NCBI GenBank assembly: GCA_039621445.1
Contig: CP154954.1
Span: forward strand, 24,440,954-24,504,953
Source: Euglena gracilis
Taxonomy: Eukaryota
Direction: 5' to 3'
DNA: 64,000 bases
Shown: positions 63,085 through 64,000 of the stretch, in pieces
Layout of the letters: the number at the start of each line of letters is the position of its first letter
How positions within the stretch are numbered: position 1 is the first letter of the stretch
The notes under the pieces: model-generated
The model's input: only the letters and a program-made list of their open reading frames with translations
The model's database searches: none
Told to the model about the DNA's origin: nothing
Made by a program: the position numbers and the translations under genes

Positions 63085-64000
63085 TTATGGACCAGCCGTG
63101 TCAAAGACAAAGGGGGGAAAGGTACAATTGCCCCCCAAAAATGTGTGACAAAATATGCAACAATTGCAAAAAAGAAGCTTTCCGCAAATGTTTCATTCTG
63201 CAAAAAAATCAAAATTTCAAAATATTTGAGTATTATGCAAAAGAATGGATGCAACGTGCATTTCCCTCCCCTGCTGTCTATCTGTTTCCATGTATAAAAG
63301 CTGGCCACCAGTTGTTTGAAAAGGTAGATGGGATTGGGACCTTGAGCAAACCAAGAGTCGGCTTGCTTCCAAAGTTGGCCAAAACCAAGAAGGGGCCAGC
63401 ACGCAAAAAATATATCAACAATACATGCTGGCGGTTGTATACCTCTTTAAGGACCCCAGGGGGTTTGTAGGGATGGACCTATGGTAGAAGTTTGGGCTGG
63501 TTAGCTCTCCCCTCTGCACCCATCCAATTGGGGAGGGGGTCCGGGGGGAGCAAACTCGAGAACTACTTTTGGGGGCTAACTAACTGAGAACCACTCTTGG
63601 GGGTCAATCTTGGGGTTCCAAAAGAAAATTTCCTGCGCTTCATGCAAAAAATAACAGAGGGCCTCACACCTCTGAGGGGGTCTGGCGAACCCACCCACCC
63701 TATCCCCTCCCCTGTCCCCCCCTCCCGGGGTTCCAACCTTTAAAAAATACCAGTACTCCGCATTCCAATCACTGTGACAACACCAAATGCCCTTGAAAAA
63801 CGCAGCCTTGATCCTCTTTTGAAGAAAAAAAATCTCAGCTGGGCTCCGCAAAGAGGGCTGGCCAGGCTTAATTTGACCAATCTGAGGGGGGGGAAGGGTG
63901 CCCCAGAGTGCCTGGGCAGGCAGGCACTAATGCCACGGGGGGGGCAGTGGCTGCCTGGCCATGGGACAAAGTGCGCGAAAACTGGGCTCGCCGCTAACTT

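Overview
Repeat-saturated eukaryotic DNA with abundant G/C homopolymers. I recognise no intact cellular gene, RNA gene or CRISPR array, and most six-frame ORFs are by-products of low-complexity repeats. The main feature is a frameshifted Penelope-like retroelement (44.2-49.8 kb) with the permuted Naiad/Chlamys layout (N-terminal GIY-YIG, then RT) and direct pseudo-LTRs. It carries an unusual extension of CCCH zinc fingers, an OTU-like protease domain, an HPD-containing J-domain and a degenerate 2A-like motif. A solo copy of its 3' end lies at 52.4-53.1 kb. The rest is a nested mosaic of non-autonomous DNA transposons: hAT-like elements with CAG/CAA termini, 8-bp TSDs and family-specific 10-bp subterminal arrays; TA-flanked MITEs; two diverged elements studded with GCGCATTTGCGC palindromes; and several tandem duplications. 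Domain calls are by-eye motif recognition, not database searches.
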